A DNA stretch of 64,000 nt from an uncultured bacterium (GTDB lineage Bacteria > Patescibacteriota > Minisyncoccia > Moranbacterales > GWC2-37-73): NCBI GenBank assembly GCA_903851135.1, contig CAINNK010000021.1, positions 441-64,440 of the forward strand, in the 5' to 3' direction. The translations under genes were made by a program, and so were the position numbers. Of the stretch, positions 1 through 8,834 are shown piece by piece. Numbering within the stretch: the stretch's first letter is position 1; every line of letters begins with the position of its first letter. The notes beneath the pieces were generated by a model that was not told the origin of the DNA, did not search any database, and worked only from the letters and a program-made list of their open reading frames with translations.

Positions 1-2129
1 CCCTGAATAATTCTCTCTATTTTAATAGTTTTCGCAAATTCAGCAATAAAAGAGCCGAGCTCTTTTTTGAGTTGAGACTTGAAAGGAATTGAGTAACCAG
101 TGTCAGCTTCAATGTTGTCAACCACCAAGATTGGACCTTCACTGTTTTCATTTTTCCCGACAAAACACCAGGCCACCGCAACTGGCTTTTTTCTTTTTTC
201 ATCATACACAACAATGTTGTGCATTCCAAGATCAGTAACATAGTCCGCAATCGGAGATTCTGCTCCATGCGTGTCGTTATCAATTTTAATACAACACGGG
301 CAGTCATTTCCAAGATACAAATCCGTGTCAGGATTTCGCGGGGCAATTGCAATTCGCATAGGAGTCTTCTCCAGCGAACTTGCATCGTTTTTGAATAAAC
401 TTTGAATGGTGCTCAAGTCTGCATGATAGTGATCCAAATCCATTCCGACTGACATATTTATTTCTTGCATTATTGAATCTGATTGATCCTTTCCAAAAGT
501 TTTTCCCAACAAATCAGTAGATATTACCCGAAAACCAGAAAGCAACTCATCTAAATCAACAATTTTATTTTTTATTTTAAATTCTTGCTGTTTAATTTTT
601 TCTTTTAAATCAATCTGCTTCTTTCGATCAGCTCCTGTATTTTTTTGCTCTTCTTCCAAAGAGCAAAGCTCATCGTATAGTCCAGACAAATCTTTGCTAA
701 TAATTTTGACATTGTTCATTTCTCCAACCAATTTATTCCAAACAGTCATTGGCTTAAGTTGTTCTAACTGCTTTTCAAGATTAGCAACGCCTTTTTGAAT
801 TCCTTCAATTTTTCTGGTATCACTATTTTGTTGAGCCTCAACCATTTGAACTCGCATTTTTTCAAGTTTCTCAAACAACTCAGCCTTTTTCTCTGAAGGC
901 GTTTCAACTCCAGCCAAATCTTTTCTGTAAAATGCTAAAACAGAATTAGCTTTTGAAAGATAATTTCCAATTGATTCATCAATGCGCTTGATTGGACTTT
1001 GAATTTGTTCGGAAAACAAAGTGTCGTCTTCCTTTCCGAGATCAAAATGTTTTTCAGTAGAATACGCCAACCATTGACGAATATCAACGCCTTCTTTCCC
1101 AATTTTAACTAAAATATTCTTATTGTTTCCGAATTCAATCAAGCGTTTTTGCATGAGCATCCTGAATTCAAAAGAGTTGCAATCAATATTGGGATATTTG
1201 TTTTTGATTTCAGCTTTAAAATCATACAAAGTCTTGATATTTTTTTGGGAAATATTGTCAAATTCTTGGAACTTAAACAAGAGCTTCATTCCATGCCGTT
1301 TGTTTTCAACTAAAGCGCCAAGCAAAAAATGGTTTTCTTCCAAAATATCAAACAAGCTCTCTGGATTATAATTGAAACTGGCAAGTTGCATGAAAATATC
1401 AATGCTCCTGAAATTAATATTCAGTTCGGCATATTCAGTTTCCAGTCTTTCGATGATTCTGGCTGTTTCAGGCAGACAGGAGCACAGTTCATCAAAATCG
1501 ATTTTCACATGGAATGTATCGCTGATTTGAATAGCACGCCCCACATCCACCTCTTTCAATTTTGAAATGAAAACTTCCTTAACTGCTTCTCGAATAAGCT
1601 TATTCTGCAAATTAAATTTATCTTTTATTAAAATAGCATACTCCATACTGCTATCTTCGTCAGAATATTCTTCATCACCCATTTCCTCATGATATGTTTC
1701 CTCCAAATTACGGATAAAAGCTTTTAGCGCTTGTGCTTGAATAAACTCATCTGACAAATTAAAACTATTTTTGATTTCAAGGGCCGCATCAATGCCATTA
1801 TTATAGCTCAATTGGCGAATAAAACCCTCCTGAGGGCCAACTTGCGCTTCTACTCCCTGAAATACTTCATCTGGTAAATTAAATTTGTCTTTTTCTCTTT
1901 TAATGTAATTCACAAAGTTTATATCTCCTTGTTCCAATTTACGAATATAAACTTTTTTGACTTCCTCTTGAAAAAACTCATCTGACAAATGAAACAGATT
2001 CTTTATTTCAAAAGCAGTCTCTGTGCCATAATCTTGCAATTCATGAATGCAACCCTTTTTGGCTGCGGGTTGAAATGATTCTTCTTGAAATAATTCATCT
2101 GGCAAATTAAATTCGTCCTTAGTAGCCAT
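1..2129 (-). CDS. Partial (3' end beyond window) large acidic tandem-repeat protein of unknown function, more than 709 aa in window. N-terminal half carries about 37-aa repeats of the form ALEIKNxFNLPDEFxQEExxKAFIxxL; C-terminal part is non-repetitive.
   Basis: Manual translation of the minus strand from ATG at 2129..2127 runs without a stop to position 1. The ORF track lists nothing here because no stop lies inside the window. The repeat motif FNL(P/S)DE(F/L/V)FQEE recurs at least 5 times. Confidence 0.55.
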   Translation of the reverse strand, partial: MATKDEFNLPDELFQEESFQPAAKKGCIHELQDYGTETAFEIKNLFHLSDEFFQEEVKKVYIRKLEQGDINFVNYIKREKDKFNLPDEVFQGVEAQVGPQEGFIRQLSYNNGIDAALEIKNSFNLSDEFIQAQALKAFIRNLEETYHEEMGDEEYSDEDSSMEYAILIKDKFNLQNKLIREAVKEVFISKLKEVDVGRAIQISDTFHVKIDFDELCSCLPETARIIERLETEYAELNINFRSIDIFMQLASFNYNPESLFDILEENHFLLGALVENKRHGMKLLFKFQEFDNISQKNIKTLYDFKAEIKNKYPNIDCNSFEFRMLMQKRLIEFGNNKNILVKIGKEGVDIRQWLAYSTEKHFDLGKEDDTLFSEQIQSPIKRIDESIGNYLSKANSVLAFYRKDLAGVETPSEKKAELFEKLEKMRVQMVEAQQNSDTRKIEGIQKGVANLEKQLEQLKPMTVWNKLVGEMNNVKIISKDLSGLYDELCSLEEEQKNTGADRKKQIDLKEKIKQQEFKIKNKIVDLDELLSGFRVISTDLLGKTFGKDQSDSIMQEINMSVGMDLDHYHADLSTIQSLFKNDASSLEKTPMRIAIAPRNPDTDLYLGNDCPCCIKIDNDTHGAESPIADYVTDLGMHNIVVYDEKRKKPVAVAWCFVGKNENSEGPILVVDNIEADTGYSIPFKSQLKKELGSFIAEFAKTIKIERIIQ

Positions 2130-2589
2130 AGCTAAGTGAAATTCCCCCCTCTCCCAAATATGCAGCAAAAGCTTTTCTGGCCACTTCCTGAACAAATTCA
2201 GCTGGCAAATTAAATGCATTTTTTATTTCAAGAGCGCGATAAATGGAATCGAAGTTTTCACTGCTATTTTCAGATGGATCATTATAGCAATTATATTGAT
2301 ATTGCAATAAAGATATAAAAACCTTTTCGACTTCTTCTTGAATGATTTCAGCTGGTAAATGATAATTTTCAATACGCCTAACAATAGAGTCCATGTCTGA
2401 ATGCAAAGATTCCAAGCTCTCAAAAAAATTATATCTCCTGCCATCGATTAATTTATCTTCATTCTCATATTCCTCACTGCTCAAATCCCCGAGATCTTCG
2501 GCTTGTCCCTTTTTCTCAAGTGCATTTTTTTGAATTTCAAAAGCCTCATTATGGGCATTTTCAAATGAATCCTTTTCCATTTTTTCCAT
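2119..2589 (-). CDS. 156-aa acidic protein with the same (A)LEIKNxFNLPAEFVQE repeat as the downstream gene. Possibly the N-terminal fragment of one split or frameshifted gene.
   Basis: ORF track; repeats HLPAEIIQEEVEKVFISLL and ALEIKNAFNLPAEFVQEVARKAFAAYL. Its stop at 2119 overlaps the next ATG at 2129 by 11 nt in another frame. Confidence 0.5.
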   Translation of the reverse strand: MEKMEKDSFENAHNEAFEIQKNALEKKGQAEDLGDLSSEEYENEDKLIDGRRYNFFESLESLHSDMDSIVRRIENYHLPAEIIQEEVEKVFISLLQYQYNCYNDPSENSSENFDSIYRALEIKNAFNLPAEFVQEVARKAFAAYLGEGGISLSYGY

Positions 2590-2601
2590 ATTTTTACAGA
2601 A

Positions 2602-4455
2602 TTAGCGACGAAATATTTTAGCAATTTTTTCTAATTTTTCTCGAAGAAAATCCATATCAAGCCGATGCTCTTCTTGCGCCTCTTCTTCAGTTATGATATT
2701 GAAGAGCTTCTCCATTTTAATACTAGAACTAAGATTATCATCTTTAATTTCTTTTTTGGTTTGATATTTGACATTATTTCTTTTTTGCTTAAAGGCTCCG
2801 CCAGACTCCAATCGAGACATAACCCTTTTCCACTGATCCAGCGGCTCGAATTCAAGCATCGCAATGATTTCCGTTCTTGGAATTTCAAGTAAGAGCAATG
2901 CTTCAACCTCATCCAAAACTTCTGCAAGAATTTTCTTATATTCAAAATGAGCACGTTCAAAAACAGCATCCGACTCTGCTAAACTATCTTGCTCAAAACT
3001 TGTATGATAATCATTTTTTGCCTCTTCAAGATAATCATAAATTCCACCTTTTGATTTATCTTTCAAAAGAACATTCCGCAAACGTTTAATAGATGACCCA
3101 TCTTTCAAGTATGCAAAAATCTCATCTCTTGCTCTTTTTTTAGCAATTTCCAAATCATTTTCAACTATTGCATTAAGACTTTGAATTTCAATCTCACGCC
3201 GATCAGACAAACTAAGTCCTTTAAAAATAATCGATTCTTCCATCATCTCATCAAGCAACTTCTTTAATGAATGACGCTCCTCATGAATTCTCACTTCCTC
3301 AATCCATTTTTTTGTTTCTTCCCCATTATTATTTTTAACTATGGTTCTTAATCCTCTAGAAGATCCACCAATCAAGACTGATTCTTCCTCTGATTCCCCT
3401 CTCGCCTTCGCAAAATCACCAACATTGTTACAATCTACAAAAAAAGAAACTGGCCCACGATGCACAAACACTTCTCCTTCTGGAACTACTCCGTATAATT
3501 TTTCAAAAAGGCTTTTATCATCTCTGCCTATCTTGAGTTCACCTTGAACATTATCCATTTCTCGATTCCAATCCTCTAACTTACTCAAAAAAGCTTCGTA
3601 TCTCCCCAGCTGAACAGGACTCAATCTCAATTTCTCAGACTTTTTCAAAATGCACTTTCGCAACTGATCTGCCCGCTTCTGGTCATAGGATCCTTTTTTC
3701 AGCAAGATATCTTCCAATTCCGCATGTAATTTCATCCTTCCAACAACTTGAAAGGTGAATTGTTTCTTAAATTCCTCGAGTATTTTTTTCTTTTCCGCAA
3801 TATATTCATCTTGCGAAAGTGTCCTTATTTTTTCTTCTGCAAAAGAAGCAATTTTTTTCACCTCTTGTTCGGGATCAAAATATCCATATGAAACAACGGG
3901 AAGTTTTTGATCTTCTTTATTTTTAAGATATTCCTGCTTTCGCGCAAAGAAATCATCGCGCACTAAATTATCGTTTGATTCTAAAAGCAACGCCTCATAT
4001 ATCAATTCCGCCACATCACCACCATACGGAACAGCATTACAGATAAAATTTATCAACTGCTCCTTGAACTGCACGTGACGATTCTCAGCAGCAAGGGAAA
4101 TGTCGCTTTGATTAGATTGATACATTATTACTGCATCATCAGGTCGAATAAGATTTAAAAGCTCATGAGAGTAGGGATCTTTTCTTATTTCCTCAACTAT
4201 GAGTGGAATACTTTCCTGGGTCTTTAATCTGCATTTTTCGCAATCGTCTTTGTATTTTTTTCTGGATTCTTCTGTGAGAATCGCAGGATCCACTCCTTCA
4301 AGTTGAACGATTGAGTGATGATTTCGTATCAATGGACGAATCAAACTACCCCTCTCCTTATCTGGCATAGAACTAAGGAATTTATGAGGGGGAGTTTCTT
4401 TTGATGTCTCTTTATCAACTCCAATAAATTTATTTTCTAAAGATTTTTCTTTCAT
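2602..4455 (-). CDS. Hypothetical Lys/Glu-rich protein, about 617 aa. The ORF-track start at 4545 overlaps porB, so the internal ATG at 4455 is the more likely start.
   Basis: Long ORF with no recognisable motif; co-directional and tightly packed downstream of porB. Confidence 0.45.
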   Translation of the reverse strand: MKEKSLENKFIGVDKETSKETPPHKFLSSMPDKERGSLIRPLIRNHHSIVQLEGVDPAILTEESRKKYKDDCEKCRLKTQESIPLIVEEIRKDPYSHELLNLIRPDDAVIMYQSNQSDISLAAENRHVQFKEQLINFICNAVPYGGDVAELIYEALLLESNDNLVRDDFFARKQEYLKNKEDQKLPVVSYGYFDPEQEVKKIASFAEEKIRTLSQDEYIAEKKKILEEFKKQFTFQVVGRMKLHAELEDILLKKGSYDQKRADQLRKCILKKSEKLRLSPVQLGRYEAFLSKLEDWNREMDNVQGELKIGRDDKSLFEKLYGVVPEGEVFVHRGPVSFFVDCNNVGDFAKARGESEEESVLIGGSSRGLRTIVKNNNGEETKKWIEEVRIHEERHSLKKLLDEMMEESIIFKGLSLSDRREIEIQSLNAIVENDLEIAKKRARDEIFAYLKDGSSIKRLRNVLLKDKSKGGIYDYLEEAKNDYHTSFEQDSLAESDAVFERAHFEYKKILAEVLDEVEALLLLEIPRTEIIAMLEFEPLDQWKRVMSRLESGGAFKQKRNNVKYQTKKEIKDDNLSSSIKMEKLFNIITEEEAQEEHRLDMDFLREKLEKIAKIFRR

Positions 4456-4468
4456 AAATAGAAACTTC

Positions 4469-5407
4469 TTAGCTAATTTGAGCCCTTTTGGCAAGCTTCT
4501 CGAAATTTTCATCCACTGTCTTTTGAATTTCCTTGATGACTTCAAGATTTTTTTCTTTAAAGAGATGTTTAAAACGTCCTTGGGTTTTCAAAAATTCTTC
4601 AATCGGCTTTATTTGTTTAGGAATATGATTAATCTCATATTTATAATCCTCTCCGCCCAAGGCGGATCCGCCTTGGGCGGAGATTTCAAAAAGTGGCCAA
4701 AAATTGGTTTCAGTGGCAAGTTTTCCAATGTTAACATATTCCGAAGTTGGAAATTTCCAAATTTGGGTGCAAGGTTGCAAAACCAACAAAAAGGATGGAC
4801 CTGGAGTGTTTAAAGCTTTTTGAGCTTTGCGTTTCAGATCCGGCAGATATGCCACATTAGCTTGCGCTAGATATTTGATGCCATGGGCTTTGACAATTTC
4901 CATCATGTCCTTACGCTGCTGCGTTTTGCCAAACGACTGACTGCCAACCGGGGCCGTTTCAGTGTTGGCGCCATATGGGGTTGCGCCACTACGCTGTCCT
5001 CCAGTGTTCATGTAGCCTTCGTTGTCATAACAAACATAAAGAAAATCATGTCCGCGTTCAAGTGCGCCCGAAAGCGCTTGCAAGCCGATGTCATAGGTTC
5101 CCCCATCTCCTCCAAAAGCGATTATCTTGGCAGGATTTTTTAACTTTCCGGATTTTTCCAAAGCTTTTTGCGCCGCATCAATTCCCGCGGCGGTGGCAGC
5201 CGCATTGCCAAAAACGCTGTGAATATAGGGAACTTTCCAAGAGGTTGCCGGATAAATTGTGGTCGTCACTTCCAAGCAACCAGTCGCATTAGAAACAATC
5301 ACTGGTTTATCAGTTGCGCCCAGCACTGTTCGCACAATCGCCGGAATTCCGCAACCCGCGCAAGTTGCATGACCAGAGGAAAATTTCTTGGTAAGATCTT
5401 TATTCAT
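4469..5407 (-). CDS. porB: Pyruvate/2-oxoacid:ferredoxin oxidoreductase beta subunit (TPP-binding)
   Basis: Motifs GHATCAGCG, GGDGGTYDIG, PCTQ and the C-terminal LKTQGRFKHL are typical of PorB. Carries an extra SAQGGSALGG segment encoded by a 32-bp palindrome. Confidence 0.9.
   Translation of the reverse strand: MNKDLTKKFSSGHATCAGCGIPAIVRTVLGATDKPVIVSNATGCLEVTTTIYPATSWKVPYIHSVFGNAAATAAGIDAAQKALEKSGKLKNPAKIIAFGGDGGTYDIGLQALSGALERGHDFLYVCYDNEGYMNTGGQRSGATPYGANTETAPVGSQSFGKTQQRKDMMEIVKAHGIKYLAQANVAYLPDLKRKAQKALNTPGPSFLLVLQPCTQIWKFPTSEYVNIGKLATETNFWPLFEISAQGGSALGGEDYKYEINHIPKQIKPIEEFLKTQGRFKHLFKEKNLEVIKEIQKTVDENFEKLAKRAQIS
4651..4682. repeat. 32-bp perfect palindrome ctccgcccaaggcggatccgccttgggcggag (GC-rich, centred on GGATCC), lying in-frame inside porB
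   Basis: Read directly: the first 16 nt are the exact reverse complement of the last 16. Confidence 0.85.
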
Positions 5408-5472
5408 ATTTATATTGCTACGGATTAAAACGGATTAATTACAGATATTCACAGATCACAAATTCACACAGA

Positions 5473-5901
5473 TTATAGATTTAATTTTAGTTTAGATATG
5501 AATGGTTTTCTATCATTTGTGCAAATAGATCTTTTTATTTCTAATTCTTGAGTACAAAAATTAACCAAATAACCAATTTCATATTTACTAGCTTTTAAAT
5601 AAGATCTTTGCTGATTAATATCATCGACTCTCGTGAAGCTAGTCGCTTTAATTTCTACTATTATTTTATCTTCCACCAAAATATCTGGGACATATGTGCC
5701 TAATTTTTTTCCTGTTTCTATTGAGTAAATATCGATTCTTTTTTGACTTTCAAATTTTAAATTCTCTTTTTCCAATTCTTCTTCTAGGGCTTTTTGATAA
5801 ATAATTTCTTTTAATCCCTTTCCGTATTTATTTGCAACATTATAAAAACATCCTCGCACTTTGTATGATAATTCTTTTTCCAATAGACCATCCTCGCTCA
5901 T
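5473..5901 (-). CDS. GxxExxY family protein (PD-(D/E)XK nuclease-like fold), inserted between porA and porB
   Basis: GKGLKEIIYQKAL contains G-x-x-E-x-x-Y; the size of about 140 aa is typical for this selfish-insertion-prone family. Confidence 0.7.
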   Translation of the reverse strand: MSEDGLLEKELSYKVRGCFYNVANKYGKGLKEIIYQKALEEELEKENLKFESQKRIDIYSIETGKKLGTYVPDILVEDKIIVEIKATSFTRVDDINQQRSYLKASKYEIGYLVNFCTQELEIKRSICTNDRKPFISKLKLNL

Positions 5902-5955
5902 AAAATATGAATCCGTGATTCGTGAACATACGTCACAAATCCGTGAAGATCCGTT

Positions 5956-7122
5956 TTATACTAGGTATTTAACTTTATTATCAATTTCCCCGTCTTCCAA
6001 ATCTTGAAAAACTTTTTCGATGTCCTTTTGCATTGTGTCTCGACCACCGAGCCCATAGATATAGCTAGCAAGGTCTGGCTTGCGACTTGAGCTGTGATAA
6101 AGGCTGCTCACAATATCCTGATAGAGCGGAGGATATGCCCCAAAAGAGATCGCCCGATCGAGCACGGCAATTCTGGAAATGTGCGACAAAGCCTGACCAA
6201 TTTCTTCATAGGGAAAAGGTCGAAACAATTTCACACTCAGCAGACCCACTTTTTTGCCTTGCTGGCGAAGCTTGTCAACCACATCTTTAGCTGTCCCGCC
6301 GGTTGCGCCCATAATCACAATCACGCTCGTGGCATCTTCCAAATGATAAGTTTCAAACATTTCATATTTGCGACCGGAAATTTTGAAAAATTCTCCACAG
6401 ATTTTTTTGTAAGCAGCCTTAGCTTTTTGCATCACTTTTTCCTGATCGATTTTGAATTCAAAAAAAGTATTCTGCAGGGCCAAGGTTCCAAAAGTTGTTG
6501 GGTTTTCAAAATCAGTCAGTGACTGCTGTACTTTCCGTTCGCCCACAAATTTCTTCACGACTTCATCATCCAAAATTTCAATTCTTTCGGTGGTGTGCGA
6601 AGTGTGAAAGCCATCCATAATCGGCATCACTGGAGCATTGATTTCTTCAGCTAGTTTCAGAGCGATAATCGTATCGTCATAAGCATCTTGCACTTGCTCG
6701 GCAAAAATTTGCACCCAACCCAAATCTCTCACGGCCATCACGTCGCCATGTTCACCGTGAATGTTCAGCGGTGCGCTGAGCGCTCGAGAGCTCACACTCA
6801 TCACAATTGGAAGGCCCAGGCCGCTGACCACGGGCAAAGTTTCCGCCATATACAAAATTCCCTGGGAACTGGAAGCAGTCACCGCTCGCGCCCCAGCCGC
6901 ACAGGCTCCAATCGTAGCGCTCATCGCACTATGCTCAGATTCCACCTGCACAATCTCAGTTGCCACCAAGCCATCCGCTTTCATTTTGGCATAAGTTTCG
7001 ATAATGGTGGTTTGCGGCGTAATTGGATAAACCGCCATCACATCCGGCTGGATTTGTCGCCAGGCTTCCGCCACGGCGTAACCACCGGTCAGCGCACGAA
7101 TTTTTGTATTATTTTTTTGCAT
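5956..7122 (-). CDS. porA: Pyruvate:ferredoxin oxidoreductase alpha subunit
   Basis: ALTGGYAVAEAWRQIQPDVMAVYPITPQT at the N-terminus is typical of PorA. Confidence 0.9.
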   Translation of the reverse strand: MQKNNTKIRALTGGYAVAEAWRQIQPDVMAVYPITPQTTIIETYAKMKADGLVATEIVQVESEHSAMSATIGACAAGARAVTASSSQGILYMAETLPVVSGLGLPIVMSVSSRALSAPLNIHGEHGDVMAVRDLGWVQIFAEQVQDAYDDTIIALKLAEEINAPVMPIMDGFHTSHTTERIEILDDEVVKKFVGERKVQQSLTDFENPTTFGTLALQNTFFEFKIDQEKVMQKAKAAYKKICGEFFKISGRKYEMFETYHLEDATSVIVIMGATGGTAKDVVDKLRQQGKKVGLLSVKLFRPFPYEEIGQALSHISRIAVLDRAISFGAYPPLYQDIVSSLYHSSSRKPDLASYIYGLGGRDTMQKDIEKVFQDLEDGEIDNKVKYLV

Positions 7123-7161
7123 TTTCTTAATTCGTTAATTCATTAATGCGTTAATAAATAA

Positions 7162-7491
7162 TCATTTCTTCATAACAATTGCTTTGACTGGACAGACTTG
7201 GGCGCAAACTCCGCAGCCTTTGCAATATTCATAGTCAATATCCACAATTTCTTTTTCTTTCCCAATTTCGCTGCTTTTAGCGATTTCCTTTTTGCCACGC
7301 TTTCGCATTTCCATCACTGCCTCAGGACAATGCAGCACACAAGTTGTGCAACCGATGCATTTACTTGGGTCAACCTCCGGTTTCAGATATCGCCAGTCAC
7401 CTGTCTTTGGTGCCTTAGCTTGGTCATGTTTTATAATGCCTCCTTTTTCCATAAGATTACTAATTTTCACGAATTTATGACTGATTTTCAC
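7162..7491 (-). CDS. porD: Pyruvate:ferredoxin oxidoreductase delta subunit (2x[4Fe-4S] ferredoxin)
   Basis: Two CxxCxxCxxxCP motifs (CIGCTTCVLHCP, CKGCGVCAQVCP). Confidence 0.85.
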   Translation of the reverse strand: MKISHKFVKISNLMEKGGIIKHDQAKAPKTGDWRYLKPEVDPSKCIGCTTCVLHCPEAVMEMRKRGKKEIAKSSEIGKEKEIVDIDYEYCKGCGVCAQVCPVKAIVMKK

Positions 7492-7550
7492 GGAGCACAG
7501 ATATCCGTGATCTGCGTCAATCCGTAATCAATCCGTTTTTATCAGTTTAA

Positions 7551-8123
7551 TTACAATTCATCATATCCCGCTTCCATGGCTTGGATATTCTTCTCCGTTA
7601 AATCCTTGCCAATCTTTTCCAAAAAGACACCACGAAAAACTTCCGCCGCGCTTTCCAGTGAAATAACCTCAGTAACTTTGATTAATTGTCCAACTAAAAC
7701 CATGTTCGGATTTGAAGCGCCTGTGATGCGACTGGCAATCCCATTGGCATCAACCGCATAAATTTTCCCTTTAAAGTGCGGCACATCTTTGCGAATTTCC
7801 TCACCTTCTCTTTTGGAATTGATAATTAAAACCTCATGCTGGTCGAGATTCTTTGACACATCTTGACTGCCGATCACAGTTTCATCCATCACCACCACAG
7901 CATCTGGATCAGTGACAGGCTCTTGCGTGCGAAGTTTTTTGCCTGAAATACGCAAAAACATTTTGGTCGGGGCGCCTGATCTTTCCGGCCCAAAAAAAGG
8001 AAAAGCTTTCACAAATTTTCCTTCCGCCACCGCACCGTGCGCCACCAATTCCGAGGCAGTCTTAGCGCCCTGTCCGCCACGCGCAAAAAAGATTATTTCA
8101 AATGTATCTTTGTTTAATTTCAT
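7551..8123 (-). CDS. porG: Pyruvate:ferredoxin oxidoreductase gamma subunit
   Basis: FARGGQGAKTASELVA...FPFFGPERSGAP motif; first gene of the porGDAB order. Confidence 0.85.
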   Translation of the reverse strand: MKLNKDTFEIIFFARGGQGAKTASELVAHGAVAEGKFVKAFPFFGPERSGAPTKMFLRISGKKLRTQEPVTDPDAVVVMDETVIGSQDVSKNLDQHEVLIINSKREGEEIRKDVPHFKGKIYAVDANGIASRITGASNPNMVLVGQLIKVTEVISLESAAEVFRGVFLEKIGKDLTEKNIQAMEAGYDEL

Positions 8124-8194
8124 TTTTATTTTTCTGAAGCTTTATTATTTTAACTCTTTTCATTCTAACATATTTTGCCAAATCCGACACTGAT

Positions 8195-8551
8195 TCAAAC
8201 AAAAAATTTTTTCACGTCCGGCTTGAAATATCCTTCGCCCTTGACCATTTTGTATTGATGATAGTCTTTGCTCATGTTTGAATTGTGAACTTCTTGGAAA
8301 ATCTCTTCAATCTTATCTTGCAAACCATGTTCCAAAATTGTGCCATAAACTGCATACAAAACATCGCACAATTCTTTTGCCACATTTTCTAAATCATGAG
8401 CTTTGGTGCCCTCAAGATATTCTCTGATTTCACCTTCCATCAAAGAATATCTAAAATCTAGCCTATCTGTCGGAATCAAAGATGGACTTTCCAAGACTGG
8501 AACATTGAATTTCTCGTGAAAAATTTTCACCAATTCCAATTCTTTTTTCAT
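8195..8551 (-). CDS. MazG-like nucleoside triphosphate pyrophosphohydrolase domain protein
   Basis: Small all-alpha protein with an EExxE-like acidic cluster (EGEIREYLEGTKAHDLENVAKELCDVLY) resembling the MazG/dCTPase fold. Confidence 0.5.
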   Translation of the reverse strand: MKKELELVKIFHEKFNVPVLESPSLIPTDRLDFRYSLMEGEIREYLEGTKAHDLENVAKELCDVLYAVYGTILEHGLQDKIEEIFQEVHNSNMSKDYHQYKMVKGEGYFKPDVKKFFV

Positions 8552-8761
8552 ATATTTTTTCTATTAATATTAGGACTTGCGCACTTGCTTTTTGAGGACC
8601 ATGTTTGAAGGCGACTGCAACTTTTAATACATAGATATTTGAGTTATGTGCCAAAACCTTCTTTTTGGCACGATCTATAAGCTCCGTAAAGTGGACCGGA
8701 AAAAGGTAAGTGCGTAAGCCTTAAACATATTCCAATTTTATACCTTCTGGCTTTCAAAGGC

Positions 8762-8796
8762 AACAAAAAAAACGAGGCTCCTGCCTCGTTTTTATA
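8762..8796 (-). terminator. Rho-independent terminator (acgaggc-tcct-gcctcgt) with A-run/T-run on both sides; serves the gene ending at 8835
   Basis: 7-bp GC stem, 4-nt loop, T8 on the minus strand. Confidence 0.65.
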
Positions 8797-8834
8797 CTAT
8801 TCTTCTATAAGCTAGCGAAGCTAAGGCCTAAAGG

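Noticed and set aside
17-385. 122-aa minus-strand ORF from the track
   Set aside because: It lies entirely inside, and out of frame with, the long repeat-protein ORF that runs from 2129 to beyond position 1. It has no motif and the repeat-protein frame is strongly supported.
1123-1565. Two small plus-strand ORFs (82 and 78 aa)
   Set aside because: Antisense to the long minus-strand ORF; low-complexity translations; no start context.
6094-7146. Plus-strand ORFs of 142-152 aa overlapping porA
   Set aside because: Antisense shadows of a well-supported conserved gene.
8463-8654. 63-aa minus-strand ORF
   Set aside because: Overlaps the start of the MazG-like gene and extends into the spacer; no support.
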